Assembly (NCBI RefSeq): GCF_006345805.1
Contig: NC_042997.1
Coordinates: forward strand, 106,826,001 to 106,890,000
Direction: 5' to 3'
Length of the DNA stretch: 64,000 bases
Origin: Octopus sinensis
Taxonomy: Eukaryota
Shown here: positions 36,431-48,410 of the stretch, in pieces
Layout of the letters: the number at the start of each line of letters is the position of its first letter
How positions within the stretch are numbered: position 1 is the stretch's first letter
The notes under the pieces: model-generated
The model's database searches: none
Told to the model about the DNA's origin: nothing
What the model saw: only the letters and a program-made list of their open reading frames with translations
Made by a program: the position numbers and the translations under genes

Positions 36431-39400
36431 TATATATATAGGTGTGGCATTGTGGTAAGAAGTTTGCTTCCCAACCACATGGTTTTGGGTTCAGTCTCAC
36501 TGCATGACACCTTGTGCAAGTGTCTTCTACTACAGACACAAATTGACCAAAAGAAGCCCATCATATGTGTGTGTGTGTGTTTGTTCCCACCAGTGTTGGT
36601 TTGGTTATGTTCATGTAACTTAGCGGTTCAGCCAAAGAGACCAGTGGAATAAGTATTAGACTTCAAAAGTACTGGGCTCAATCTATTTGACTAAGCCCTT
36701 GAAGATAGTGTGCCCCAGCATGGCCACAATCCAATAATTGAACCAAGTAAAAGATAAAAGGTATGATGAAACTCATATGTATATTCACACATATATACAT
36801 AGGCTGGGCAACCATGTATTTTCTCTGTGGCAGCACACCTGTTTCTGTCTTCATCCCTTATCTTTCTCTCTCTCTCTCTGGCCAGGTAACCTTGTACTTC
36901 CTCTTCAGCAAGACACCTATATATGTCTCACTATAACCTTTTCATCATCACCTCCTCCAATGCTTCCTCCCCTTCTTAAAAGTTTTTGTCTTGCAAATAC
37001 TTGGTGACCCTGTCAGTGCAGGTGCCACTTAAAAGCACCTAGCCCACACTGTAAAGTGGTTGGTGTTCGGAAGGGCATCCAGCTGTAAAAACCTTGCTAA
37101 AACTAACCTCACCTGTGCTTGTGCCACATAAAAAGCACTGAGTCCATTCTGCTGAGTGGTTGGTGTTAGGAAGGGTATCCAGCTGTAAAAATCCTGCCAA
37201 AACAATCACAGAAGTCCAGTGCAGGCTTCAGCCTTGCCAGCTCTCGTGGTACCGTCCCACAACATGCCACTAGCATGGAACATGGACATTAAATGATGAT
37301 GATGATGAAACATGTGCATAAGCATAACAACTCCCACTAGCACTGAAGACCGACATTAAATGACAATAATAATATATATATATGCACCCACATTAATATC
37401 CAATAAAACCACTTCCTCTTTTTAATGTAAAACATCAACGGAAATTAACAAAATAACAATTGATAACTAGTTATTAATTAACAAGAGGTTTAGTTGGTAT
37501 CCATAAAAAAAGGTGTCCATTATAACAAATGGTATTTTTCTATGGTAAATATGAATCTCACAATCTATGGGTGAGGGCATAATAGCTACATGGTTAAGAA
37601 GTTTGCTTTGCATCTGCATGGTTCTAGGCTCAATCCTACAGCACAACACTTTGGGCGAGTGTCTTCTAAGATAGCCTCTATTTGACCTATACTTTGTGTG
37701 TGTAAAAATCCACTGAACTACATTGATGATATTGATAGAGGCACACAACATAAAGTTGAGGATCTACCAAAGCCGTTGAGGGTACTGGGATTCTCAGTAT
37801 GGTGTGGGGAAATGTATCTCTGTTCCAACTAGGTTGTTGTTATTAAATAAAGTGCTGAACATTTATAGTATACAAATTAGTAGTGCCAGTTCTCTGTAGC
37901 TACTGAATTTCTTGAATATATAAACAGTTTGGTTACTTATTTCTCTGGAACTGGTCCATTGATGTAGACACCTCTGATGAGAACACAATCATTTTTGAAA
38001 ATTAATTAAGGTTGTTCATAATGTTTTTCAGTCTACAAAGAAATAGATTTAGCCTGTTTATATGTCTACTATATAAGTTGCAGCCTCCTGGCTTCCCAGA
38101 CCCCGGTCGAATCGTCCAAACCATGCTAGCATGGAAAACGAACGTTAAACAGTGATGGTGATGATGATGATCTACAGCAAGATGTCTGTTCTTTCCCTCT
38201 ATCATCCTTTGTCTCTCAACACTAAGCATAAAACCATCTCCCTCTCTACTACACATCCACTCTGTAGTGGAGGAATTTTTCTTGCAAATTACTTGGTAAT
38301 CTTCCTAGTCTTAATACCTTAAGAAAAACACACAGTAAACTCTGTACAGTAGTTGGTGTTAAGAAAGGCATCCTGCCATAGAAAACTTTAACCAAAACAG
38401 ACAGTGGAGTTCAATGCAGTCCTCAAATCTGTTAGATCCTATCAAACTGTCCTATCCATGCTGACATAGAAAGCAGACAATAAATGATAGTGATTATATA
38501 TGTGTGTGTATGAGAAACGAACTTTCTTCTCCCCACATCCATGAAGGAAATTTAACTTATTTGTACAGATCACCAAAACACCAGTCAGTTTTACAGTACT
38601 GCTACTGCTTCCAACAGGAGACATCCCACTCTTTGGTATATATTTACATAGGTGGATTTAGTATTTGATATAGTTAAGCATCTAATCCATGAACATGGTA
38701 CAGTTTTAGTGAAAGGATAGATACAAACGGATATCTATATCCTACTTGTCTTTCCTCTCCTATCATTTCTATTGTACTCAAACGCCAGTTCCTGCCCTAA
38801 GTACTTCATCCATCCCTTCTCTCCCAGAATGTTAACTCTTTAGAATTTCTTCCCTACTCATATCTTACATCTTGACTTACAAAAATACAACATTAAAGGC
38901 ATCAATCTCACTGGTCTAAAGAGCCTATGGGCTGTGTCCCTTCTTCCAGACATTGTAAATTTTTAAAAGATTATAAAAATATAGGGGAATAGTTACTGAG
39001 TTTAGTATCATCTTTTTTTCTTTTACTTGTTTCAGCCATTAGACTGTGGCCATGCTGCAACACGGCCTTGAAGGATTTTTAGTTGAATGAATCAACCCCC
39101 AGTACTTATTTTATCAGTATCTTTTGCTGAACCGCTAAGTGACAGGGATGTAAACATGCTGACACTGGTTGTCAAGTGGTGGTAGCAGACAAACACAGAC
39201 ACAACGATGCTCAAACACATATATATATATATACAACGAGCTTCTTTTAGTTTCCACTTACCAAATACACTCACCAGGCTTTGGTCAGCCAGAGGCTATA
39301 GTAGAAAACACTTGCTGAAGATGCCACACAGTGGAACTGACCCCAGACCCATGTGATTGCGAAGCAATCTTAACCACACAGCCGTACCTACACCTATCAT

Positions 39401-40172
39401 ATAGTTTTAAATGAATTTTTGATATACAATCTTTCAACCAGATTGTGTAAATTTGATTTAGCATAAATTACAGAAGAATTTAGCATATTACTGTTCTGAA
39501 TGCTAACTATCTACTGAGTAGGAATGCTATTTTTTCTTGTATGGGGCAAGTAGAGAAAAAAAGTACTTTATCTTAAGTATACCCCTGTATTGTTTAAGCT
39601 GATACTCTTAAACACTTAACCAACATATATCTTAATGTACATTTGCCATTTTGTTGTACATGTTTTTGAAAGTGGCATGCTATCATTTTTATCACTTACA
39701 CTCCTAGTAAACATTATCTTGGCTTGCTTTACCAATTAAGTCATCTTCAATGTATACACAATTAGATCTATTTAATATAAAAAGCTGTGTCTATAAATTG
39801 GTATTGTCTCCTTATTTACTACAAATGATATCCTAGTCAGATATTTCAATTTTGCCTTTGACATATCATCTGTATTATAATTAATAAATAACAGTGTACT
39901 TTTGTGTCCCCTGTGTAACTATATAAATTATGCTGTTTTTTTATTGCAAATTATGGACATATCCTTGTAATGAGGATTTATGACTCTTTTTTACTGTAGA
40001 TGTTTAGTGTATCTTTGTTCAAATTAATTTTATTACAAACCACTTTCTATTTTATGATATATTAGTGAAAATTCTCTTAGTGGTGGCTTTGGAATATATT
40101 TTAAAATGTTTGTACTATTATGACAACTTACTGATTGTCCTAAACTATACACACACACACACACACACACAC

Positions 40173-40213
<41 letters not shown>

Positions 40214-40516
40214 AAAATGAGGGTGAGAAATTTGATATTAATTTAATTAACATCAATTTCACACCAGTGGTCTAGCATATAAAAAAAACTGAAGGTACAG
40301 TAAAATTGTATTATATACATATGAGAGGCATAACCACTATGTGGACACCCTTATGCTAGAAGTTGATCTGCTATGGTCTTACCACTAAATATTATGTTAT
40401 CTATCTTGTTTTATTATTATCAATTATTGTTACTTGTGGGAGAATGCAAAAGTAAAATCTCTTAAAGCTTTCTACAAACTAATTTTTCTTTTATGGTACA
40501 TACACCAATGGAATCA

Positions 40517-41749
40517 ATGAACATCAATGGAATCTGTATCTTTGTGGTACCAGTGCCGGTGGCACACAAGAGAACCATCTGAACGTGGCCGTAGCCAGTT
40601 CCGCATCGACCGGCCTCCGTGCTGTGGGCACGTAACAAACACCATCCGATCATGGCCGTTCGCCAGCCTCATCTGGCACCTGTGTCGGTGGCACATAAAA
40701 ACACCTTCCGAAGACCCGGCAAGACTAGTCAGTCCACCTGTGCATACCTTCCTTCTTGTGACACTTGTGAAGACCGGTTGAGGCAAGTGAAAATCAAATC
40801 AAATCAAAATAGACAAAATAGATGAACATCAATGGAATTTGTATCTTGTGGTACCAGTGCCTGTGGCACACAAGAAATCCATCAGTGCTGTAGTCAGTGC
40901 GGTGGGCACATGACAAACACCATCCAATCGTGGCCGTTCGCCAGCCTCATCTAGCACCTGTGTCGGTGGCACATAAAAACACCATCCGAAGACCCGGCAA
41001 GACTAGTCAGGCCATAACCCATGGCCCCTACCTGGGACGTAGTCAGTCCACCTGTGCATACCTTCCTTCTTGTGACACTTGTGAAGACCTGTTGAGGCAA
41101 GTGAAAATCAAAACAAATCAAAATAGATGAACATCAATGGAATTTGTATCTTTGTGGTACCAGTGCCGGTGGCACGTGGCACATAAGAAAACCATCCGAA
41201 CGTGGCCGTAGCCAGTACCGCATCGACTGGCCTCCGTGCTGTGGGCACGTAACAAGCACCATCCGATCGTGGCCGTTTGCCAGCCTCATCTGGCACCTGT
41301 GTCGGTGGCACATAAAAACACCATCCGAGCGTGGCCGTCTGCCAGCCTCGTCTGGCACCTGTGTCGGTGGCACATAAAAACACCATCCGAGCGTGGCCGT
41401 CTGCCAGCCTCGTCTGGCACCTGTGTCGGTGGCACATAAAAAACACCATCCGAGCGTGGCCGTCTGCCAGCCTCGTCTGGCACCTGTGTCGGTGGCACAT
41501 AAAAAACACCATCCGAGCGTGGCCGTTTGCCAGCCTCGTCTGGCACCTGTGTCGGTGGCACATAAAATCACCCACTACACTCTCGGAGTGGTTGGCGTTA
41601 GGAAGGGCATCCAGCTGTAGAAACACTGCCAGATCTGACTGGACTGGTGCAGCTTTCGGGCTCCCCAGACCCCAGTTGAACCGTCCAACCCATGCTAGCA
41701 TGGAAAGCGGACGTTAAATGATGATGATGATGATGATGACACCACATTA
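40517..41749 (+). repeat. Higher-order tandem composite of SINE-like modules
   Basis: Near-identical heads 'atgaacatcaatggaat' at 40517, 40822 and 41127; first two units end in (AAATC)n-like tails, third ends in the (GAT)n-tailed SINE 3' end. Confidence 0.8.
41257..41568 (+). repeat. Five tandem copies of a 62-63-bp GC-rich unit
   Basis: caccatccgagcgtggccgtctgccagcctcgtctggcacctgtgtcggtggcacataaaaa starting at 41257, 41319, 41381, 41444 and 41507; no spacers. Confidence 0.95.
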
Positions 41750-42105
41750 CGCGTGCAATATCAATATATAAACATGTGTGTGCGTGTAGGTTCATGTTCA
41801 TATGTAACTGTCCCAAATGTATAGCTACTGCATTTCATTGATTTGAGATTCTTCTTTGAATTTTTTATGGTACATGATTTATACCAAATGTCTGGGACAC
41901 TATATTCAGAAATGTAACTAGAAGCACAAAAATTGGTCATGCAAAGTTATGTTACCATAAATTATTATTTTTTGTTATTATTTCCTATTTTACCTTTATA
42001 CTATTTGAAAAAGAAATTTCAGTACACTAGATTGGTATTATCCTCAATCATAACTCATAGCAAACAAATTACATCATAATTCAGTTCCTGTTGAGATCAT
42101 CTTAA

Positions 42106-42322
42106 CCCTTTAGCCTTTAAACCAGCTATATCTAGCCCACATATTCTGTTTTATGTTCAAACTGGTCAGATTTGACCTCTTACACTTAACCTACAATGTT
42201 ATTTTAAAAATAAACAATCACATTATCAAAATCTTGAAGCTACAAGATAATGCTTGATGAATTCAAAACAATGTAAATAAATAAGCATTATATTTGGCAG
42301 AGTAACCTGAATGCTAAATGGT
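42106..42322. mobile_element. piggyBac-like MITE copy (reverse orientation relative to 54875)
   Basis: ttaa-ccctttagc start; ends 'gagtaacctgaatgctaaatgg'. Confidence 0.6.
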
Positions 42323-44293
42323 CGATCTTAGAACAATTGACCAAGTACTTAGCTAGGATTAAAAATTATCTGATAAAATAGATTTCTTAGGCACAAAGAA
42401 CATTTTTGTAGGGTGGAGCTGTAGTTAATTAGGTTGGTCAAATTTATTATTCTTTTAACTTTTCTTATTCGGAAGGATGAAAGTAAATCTAGCCCTAGTA
42501 GGTTTGAACTCAAAATATAGAAGAAAGTAATTGTGAAATGTTTAGTCTTGTTACTTTTGTCACCTTACAACCATTATATCTAATGAGATAAAGTACTATA
42601 TGTTTCTTGTTGTTTCACTGTGTCATCATCATCATCATCATTTATTGTCCACTTTTCAAAGCTTGTTTGGGTCAGATGGAATTCATTAAAGTAGATTTTC
42701 TCACAAGCTTGGGAACAAGGAGTGCAAGGTGTACAAGTGGACCCACTAATATGTTTTTGTAATGGAGGTGGAGGTAATGAAAATGCATTGAACATCCTGG
42801 GTTGGACCTGGATTTGCATTTCCTAAGCAAATTTTAACCCTCACTTTCCAAGCAAGGTAATATTTCCTCTAGGCCAGATATATTTTCACAGAGGACTGCA
42901 AACAAGTGACACTGCTTGTATAATGGTAGTAACACTTGCTTACAGGTATCATGCAATGTGATAACGAGGAAACACAAGCACACATATATATGTCTATCTA
43001 CATGCATGTGCACACACACATCACATATAATGGAATTCTTTCAGTTTTTATCTATTAAATCTACTCACAAGGTTTTGGTTGTCAAGAATATTATAGAAAA
43101 TACTTGTCCAAGTTGCCACACATTGGTACTGAACCCAAAACCACATGTTAGTAGAGTGAGCTTCTTAACCAATAATTCTAAAACAGATAAGTTCCTAATA
43201 TATTTTGTTACATGATTATTTCTTTTATTTTTATAATAATTATACCATTTTTGTTTCATCTTCCTTGCTAATTTATAATTCTAAAATTCCTTTTAGATAT
43301 TAGTATTTTTTTCCCTTTTCCTTTCACATTAGTTGTAACCCTCTCTCTCTCTAACACTATTTATCTTTCACCTGTCTTTTTTATTACTAACAGATTACTG
43401 TATGTAGTGTCTCTCTCTTAGCCTGTTTTACACCCCACTTCTCATTACACACACACACATGTGGTAATACAGATGAACAACTGATTATATAAGGTATGAA
43501 ACATGTGCTACAGTCCAAGAATGCATTATTTTAAATATAACAAATTGCTAAAATTTGAATTTCATAAGATGTTTTACTTCAAATGGTGCAAGTATGGCTG
43601 TGTGATTAAAAAAGTTCACTTCCTAACCATGCAATTTTGAGCTCAGTCCCACTCTGTGACACCTTGAGCATGTGTCTACTACTATAGCCTCAGGCCAACC
43701 AAATCCCTGTGACTGGATTTGATAGTCAGAAACTGAAAGAAGTCAATATATATATACATATATATATATCTGACAGACTTTGACTTTTCTATCCCAAAGG
43801 ATATTTCAACATTCTTTTATTTATAACATTTTGTGCTTCAAGATCCACTGTTCCAAAAAGAATTATTTTATAGTTTCTTGAAAGTTTATAAAATTCTTAT
43901 GATGTGTGTGTGTGCGCGTGCACACAGGGGGAGATGTTAATGTCTTTTTGTCTTGACATTGCATGCTGGTTGTAAATAAATGTTACACTGGCATACAAGT
44001 AGCGTCATTCATTCATTTCCAATCTGAGAAAACATGTCCAGCCATGGGAAAATATTACCTTGCTTGGAAATAGGTAAAGGTTGGCCATAGGAAGGGTACC
44101 CAGACATGGAAAATCTGCCTCAGTGAATTCCATGCAACCTGTGCAAGAACAGAAAGATGGACATTAAAACAACCGCTACTGTATATAACTCACTTTGATA
44201 TTTATCATTGTTTGATTTCACTTTTTCAATATCAGCGACAGTGGACGCTGGAAAAAGTATAAGTATTTGTGAAGGAAATCTAATTCTCGGCGA

Positions 44294-44363
44294 CAACTAT
44301 GATTGTCACACGCTGACGAGAGGTCAATACCTCGAAACTCGAGTCCGTGTGTATCATAAGTTG
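44294..44363 (+). ncRNA. Type I hammerhead ribozyme, copy 1 (predicted cleavage after C44345)
   Basis: caac-uaugau-ugu-cacacg CUGACGA gaggu(caau)accuc GAAA c-ucga-g UC^ cgugug-u-aucaua-a-guug. Invariant core intact; stem I 6 bp + internal loop + 10 bp; stem II 5 bp. Confidence 0.9.
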
Positions 44364-44646
44364 AAGACGGGAAGGATGACTTCCCTTTGCAAATACTGAC
44401 AGGACACAGATAGTGTGTCTATGGCCAACTGGAGGAGTGTGTCCTCCTGGGGCTAAAAACTACAGTAGCATCCACCCTTAGGGGTTAGCCATATTGAAAT
44501 GGCAAAAATACGTCACGATGTGTTACCGCTACTGTATATAACTCACTTTGATATTTATCATTGTTTGATTTCACTTTTTCAATATCAGCGACAGTGGACG
44601 CTGGAAAAAGTATAAGTATTTGTGAAGGAAATCTAATTCTCGGCGA

Positions 44647-44716
44647 CAACTATGATTGTCACACGCTGACGAGAGGTCAATACCTCGAAACTCGAGTCCG
44701 TGTGTATCATAAGTTG
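44647..44716 (+). ncRNA. Type I hammerhead ribozyme, copy 2 (predicted cleavage after C44698)
   Basis: Identical sequence to copy 1, 353 nt downstream. Confidence 0.9.
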
Positions 44717-44974
44717 AAGACGGGAAGGATGACTTCCCTTTGCAAATACTGACAGGACACAGATAGTGTGTCTATGGCCAGCTGGAGGAGTGTGTCCTCC
44801 TGGGGCTAAAAACTACAGTAGCATCCACCCTTAGGGGTTAGCCATATTGAAATGGCAAAAATACGTCACAATGACAATATTGTTTTACGTCAATTGTTGC
44901 TTCAAGTCGCAGCAACTGCTTCTCAGAAGTTAATATTGAAATATACATAAAGAAATGCCAAATCACTTAAAGTG

Positions 44975-45110
44975 GATGGAACTTATGGAAGAGGGAGACC
45001 TAGAAAGATATGGAACAAAGTACTGAAGGCCAATCTCAGGACACTGAGCCTTATGGAGAAGATGACAAAGGACTGAGATATCTGGCACCATGCTGTACTC
45101 AAGAAGAACT
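44975..45110 (+). mobile_element. RTE-like LINE 3' fragment
   Basis: GTYGRGRPRKIWNKVLKANLRTLSLMEKMTKD*DIWHHAVLKK. Confidence 0.55.
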
Positions 45111-46029
45111 GTTCATGACAGCAGAATTGGTAATGCCCCTCTCCCAGCTGAAGGGGTTTTGCCTGAAAGAACTCCTTGCCAGTGCCACATAGAGAGCACC
45201 CATACAAAGTACCTGTGTCGAGCCATGTAAAACGTGCCCATGCAGGGCTGTTTTTTTTACAACCGTGCTGGTACCATGCAAAGAAACACCCAACACATTC
45301 TGTAAGGTGGCTGGCATTAGGCAGGACATCCAGCCATAGAAACCAAGCAACTCCCAGCTTGTCAGCTCTGGTCAAACTATTCTACTTATGCCCACATGGA
45401 AAAAGGAATTTGTTCACAATGACAATGACAACAACTAGATAATATTAATTTGGTCATTATCTTCTCCCATTGCTTTTAATTTGAAAGCTAAAATAACACT
45501 TTATAGCTTTCATACTGCTAGTAATATGTTGAAGGAAATACTGTTTCTGCTGACCTTTCAAATGACAGACATTTTCATTTGTCATGTTTTGTTAATAATT
45601 GTTATCTACCAGTGTTTTTCACCATTGTATATATTATGAATAGCAATATAAAAAAAAATGCAATTATTTTATTTCATAAGGCTATTTCTTAGCAACTTAA
45701 TTAAAGGATTGGCCCTGTTGTTTCATATAAATATATTGTTCTTTGTGATCAGTGGCACACTGCAAGTGTAAGGGATACTTAGCTATTACCTTTTCTTTAT
45801 TATACAAACACTTCACCATCCATAAATTAAGCTCACTTTTACTCTAAATTAAATAAATTCATTATTGTCTATATAGACTATATAAAATCTTCTCGAATAC
45901 CCAGCCACATGTTTTTTCAGTCCCTCTTTCTCTCTCACATACACACACACAATTGCATACAGTTTATTTAGCTTGGCCTGGAGATAGGAGCTATGTCCAT
46001 GGCCTTTTAGGGCCTTCTGAGATCAGTAA

Positions 46030-46660
46030 CAGGATGTTGTTAATGTTTTATTTAAACAGTTGTAAATTGATGACTACAGGAATGATGTGTTCAAGGAGAT
46101 AATTCCAGAGGATTGATATTCTTGGAAAAAAGACTTATGTGTAGTGGTTACTATGGAGCTTGAGCAAGGTTGAAGGACACAATGTGAGTGATAAGAGAGG
46201 ATGAGACAAGTAGTCAAAAGTGCTTAAGTGGAGATGAATCAAAACCAGCTATCTTTGAAGTGCACAGGCCATTGTAGCAGTGAGAAGCAGGGAGGCATTT
46301 TAGTGGATCAGAGGTTAGTGTGTGTTTGTGATTGACCGGATGCAGTCTAAGATAACTTTGTGTGTAGCTGTAGTACCACCTTAGATAATGGAGCAGTACT
46401 CCATTGTGGGTCTTATTCAACTTTGTAGAACGTTAGCAGTTGATGAAAACTCAAGTATTTTCTACCTCAGGAGAGAAATCCTAGCCACTGAGATGCAAGT
46501 TTTGCTATTTTAAGAATGTACATTTATCAGGAAAGGCCCTCAGTAATGGGCCTAACATTTGAAGTGATTTCAAGGGTTCTAGTTGTATGCTGTTCAAGTT
46601 TAACCTTTTCTTGCCATATTTCAATTGGAAAACATTGTCTTTGATTCACTCAATTTTGAA
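46030..46660 (-). mobile_element. CR1/Jockey-group LINE 3' fragment, decayed
   Basis: Minus strand IRPTMEYCSII*GG (cf. IRP.MEYCS.IW.G) and CYNGLCTSKIA; many stops. Confidence 0.5.
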
Positions 46661-46704
46661 AATAAGAATTTAATAAAATAGCTTTGTCATTGTTAAGCTA
46701 GTAT

Positions 46705-47140
46705 AAGGTGGCGAGCTGGCAGAATCATTAGCATACCAGCAAAATGCTTAGCAATATTTCATCCATCTTTGTATTTTGAGTTCAAGTTCCACCAAGGTCA
46801 ACTTTGCCTTCCATCTTTGCCTGTTGGAGTCAATAAATTTAGTACCAGTAAAACACTGGAGTTGATGTAATTGACTTGTCCTCTCCCCAAAAATTTCAAT
46901 CCTTGTGTCTTTAGTAGATATGATTATTAAGTGTAAGGCTGTGAACTGGCAGAACTGATAGCATGTCAGACAAAATGATTAGTGAAATTTCATCAATCTT
47001 TACGTTCTGAGCTCAACTTTCACTGATGTTGACTTTGCCTTTCATCCTTTCAGAGTCAATAAAATAAGTACTGGGCTCAATGTAAGCAACTTCCCCTTTC
47101 TCTCAAAAGCTGCTATCCCTGTGCAAAAATTTGAAACTGT
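46705..47140 (+). mobile_element. Two tandem SINE family 1 copies
   Basis: Same consensus as the 1672 cluster. Confidence 0.75.
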
Positions 47141-47289
47141 TATTAAGTTAGTGCTTTGAACATAATAAAAAGTGTTGATAAAAGGTTTTAATTTGAATCA
47201 CTTTAAACAAGGACTTTATATCATAGAACTAGTGGCAGTCTTAGTAATGCAGTTAATCAAAGTATGCACATAAATTATCAACACAATTT

Positions 47290-48410
47290 TGCCATTTTAT
47301 CAGTAGCTGACAGTGAAGAATTTTGGAGAGCAAGAAGTGAGGAAATCACAAAAGGCTATTTTTGCATCTTCTTCAGATTTGAAGTTTTTTCCTTGCAAAA
47401 AGTTGTCTAATTCCTGGAAAACATGAATGTCAGTTGGTGCAAGGCCTGGTGAATATAGTGGATGACAGAGTGCTTCCAAGTTCAGTTCCTGTAATTTGAG
47501 TAGCATTCTTTGTACTACATGTGGTCAAGCATTGTCTTGGAAGAGAATTGGCCTGTTTCTATTGACCAATCTCTGTTGTTTAATTGCAAGTTCACTCATT
47601 GACTACTAGGTTTCATGAAGCTGTAGTGGATGACACCAGCACTGGACCACAAAACAGACACCATTAGCTTTTTTTTGCTGAATATTCTTGGATTGTGTTT
47701 TGGCACTTCTTCTCTATCCAACCACTGTGCAGAATGCTTGCTATTGTTGAAAAGAATCCACTTTTCATCACATATAACAATATAATGCAAAAATAGTTTG
47801 CTTTTAAGCCATGACAGCAAAGAACAGCAAGTTTCAAGACGATGTGTCAGATGATGCTCGTTTAGTTTGTGTGTTACCCATTTGTTCAGCTTCTTTACTT
47901 TGTCGATTTGTTTCAGATGGTCCAATACAGTTGGAATCGAAACATGAAACCTTACTGCTAACTTACGCGTAGTTTGAGATGTATCCACTTCCACTACAGT
48001 TTTCAGCTCATCATTATCCACCTTGGTGTCAGGTCTACCATGGGGCTAATTTTCAAGAGTAAAGTCACCAGACCAGAACTTCTCAAGCCATTGACATACA
48101 GTGTTCTCATTCGCCACATCTTCACCAAACAACTCATTGATGTTTTGAATTGTGTGGGAGGCATCGATTCCAAGGTGGAACTCATATTCATAAACAACAT
48201 GAATTTTTTATTTATCCATGGGTTCACAAAAATTGACTTACAAGAGAAAACTCACAATATAATTTGACACCATGCATTTCAAAAAGTGATGATGTAACTC
48301 TTCAATGTTGTAAAACAAAGAATTGTCAGGTTAAAACATTAGATTTAATGACTGTCAAACTTGGTGCATAAGAAAATCAGACATTTCATTCTTAATGACT
48401 GATAAAACAC
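47290..48410 (-). mobile_element. Near-full-length decayed mariner (DD34D-type) transposon
   Basis: ORFs 47596-48021 (DNDELKTVVE...KLNKWVTHKL...CDEKWILFNN...KKLMVSVLWS) and 47300-47506 (HPLYSPGLAPTD, cf. YSPDLAP.D); frameshifts and an internal deletion. Confidence 0.85.

Larger units (their letters stand above)
44172..44873 (+). mobile_element. Tandem dimer of a 353-bp hammerhead-containing unit (non-LTR retrozyme-like, or Penelope pseudo-LTR pair)
   Basis: 44172-44520 repeats at 44525-44873 (offset 353) with two substitutions seen; each unit has a full hammerhead; no transposase or RT ORF. Confidence 0.85.

Noticed and set aside
41257-41568. CRISPR array
   Set aside because: The units are contiguous with no unique spacers, no cas genes are present, and the context is eukaryotic and SINE-derived.
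41257-41620. HDV-like, twister or pistol ribozyme in the 62-bp unit or SINE head
   Set aside because: There is partial resemblance (CCUCGU loop, GCCGG...UAAAAG), but I could not place P1.1/C75 or the twister catalytic G-A; only the simple pseudoknot is supported.
41108-41717. Long ORFs (197, 145 and 128 aa) as protein-coding genes
   Set aside because: They arise from the GC-rich tandem repeat in several frames on both strands.
44208-44752. Duplicated 63-aa ORF as a micropeptide gene
   Set aside because: It starts at TTG, has no recognisable motif, and overlaps the hammerhead, whose structure explains the sequence.
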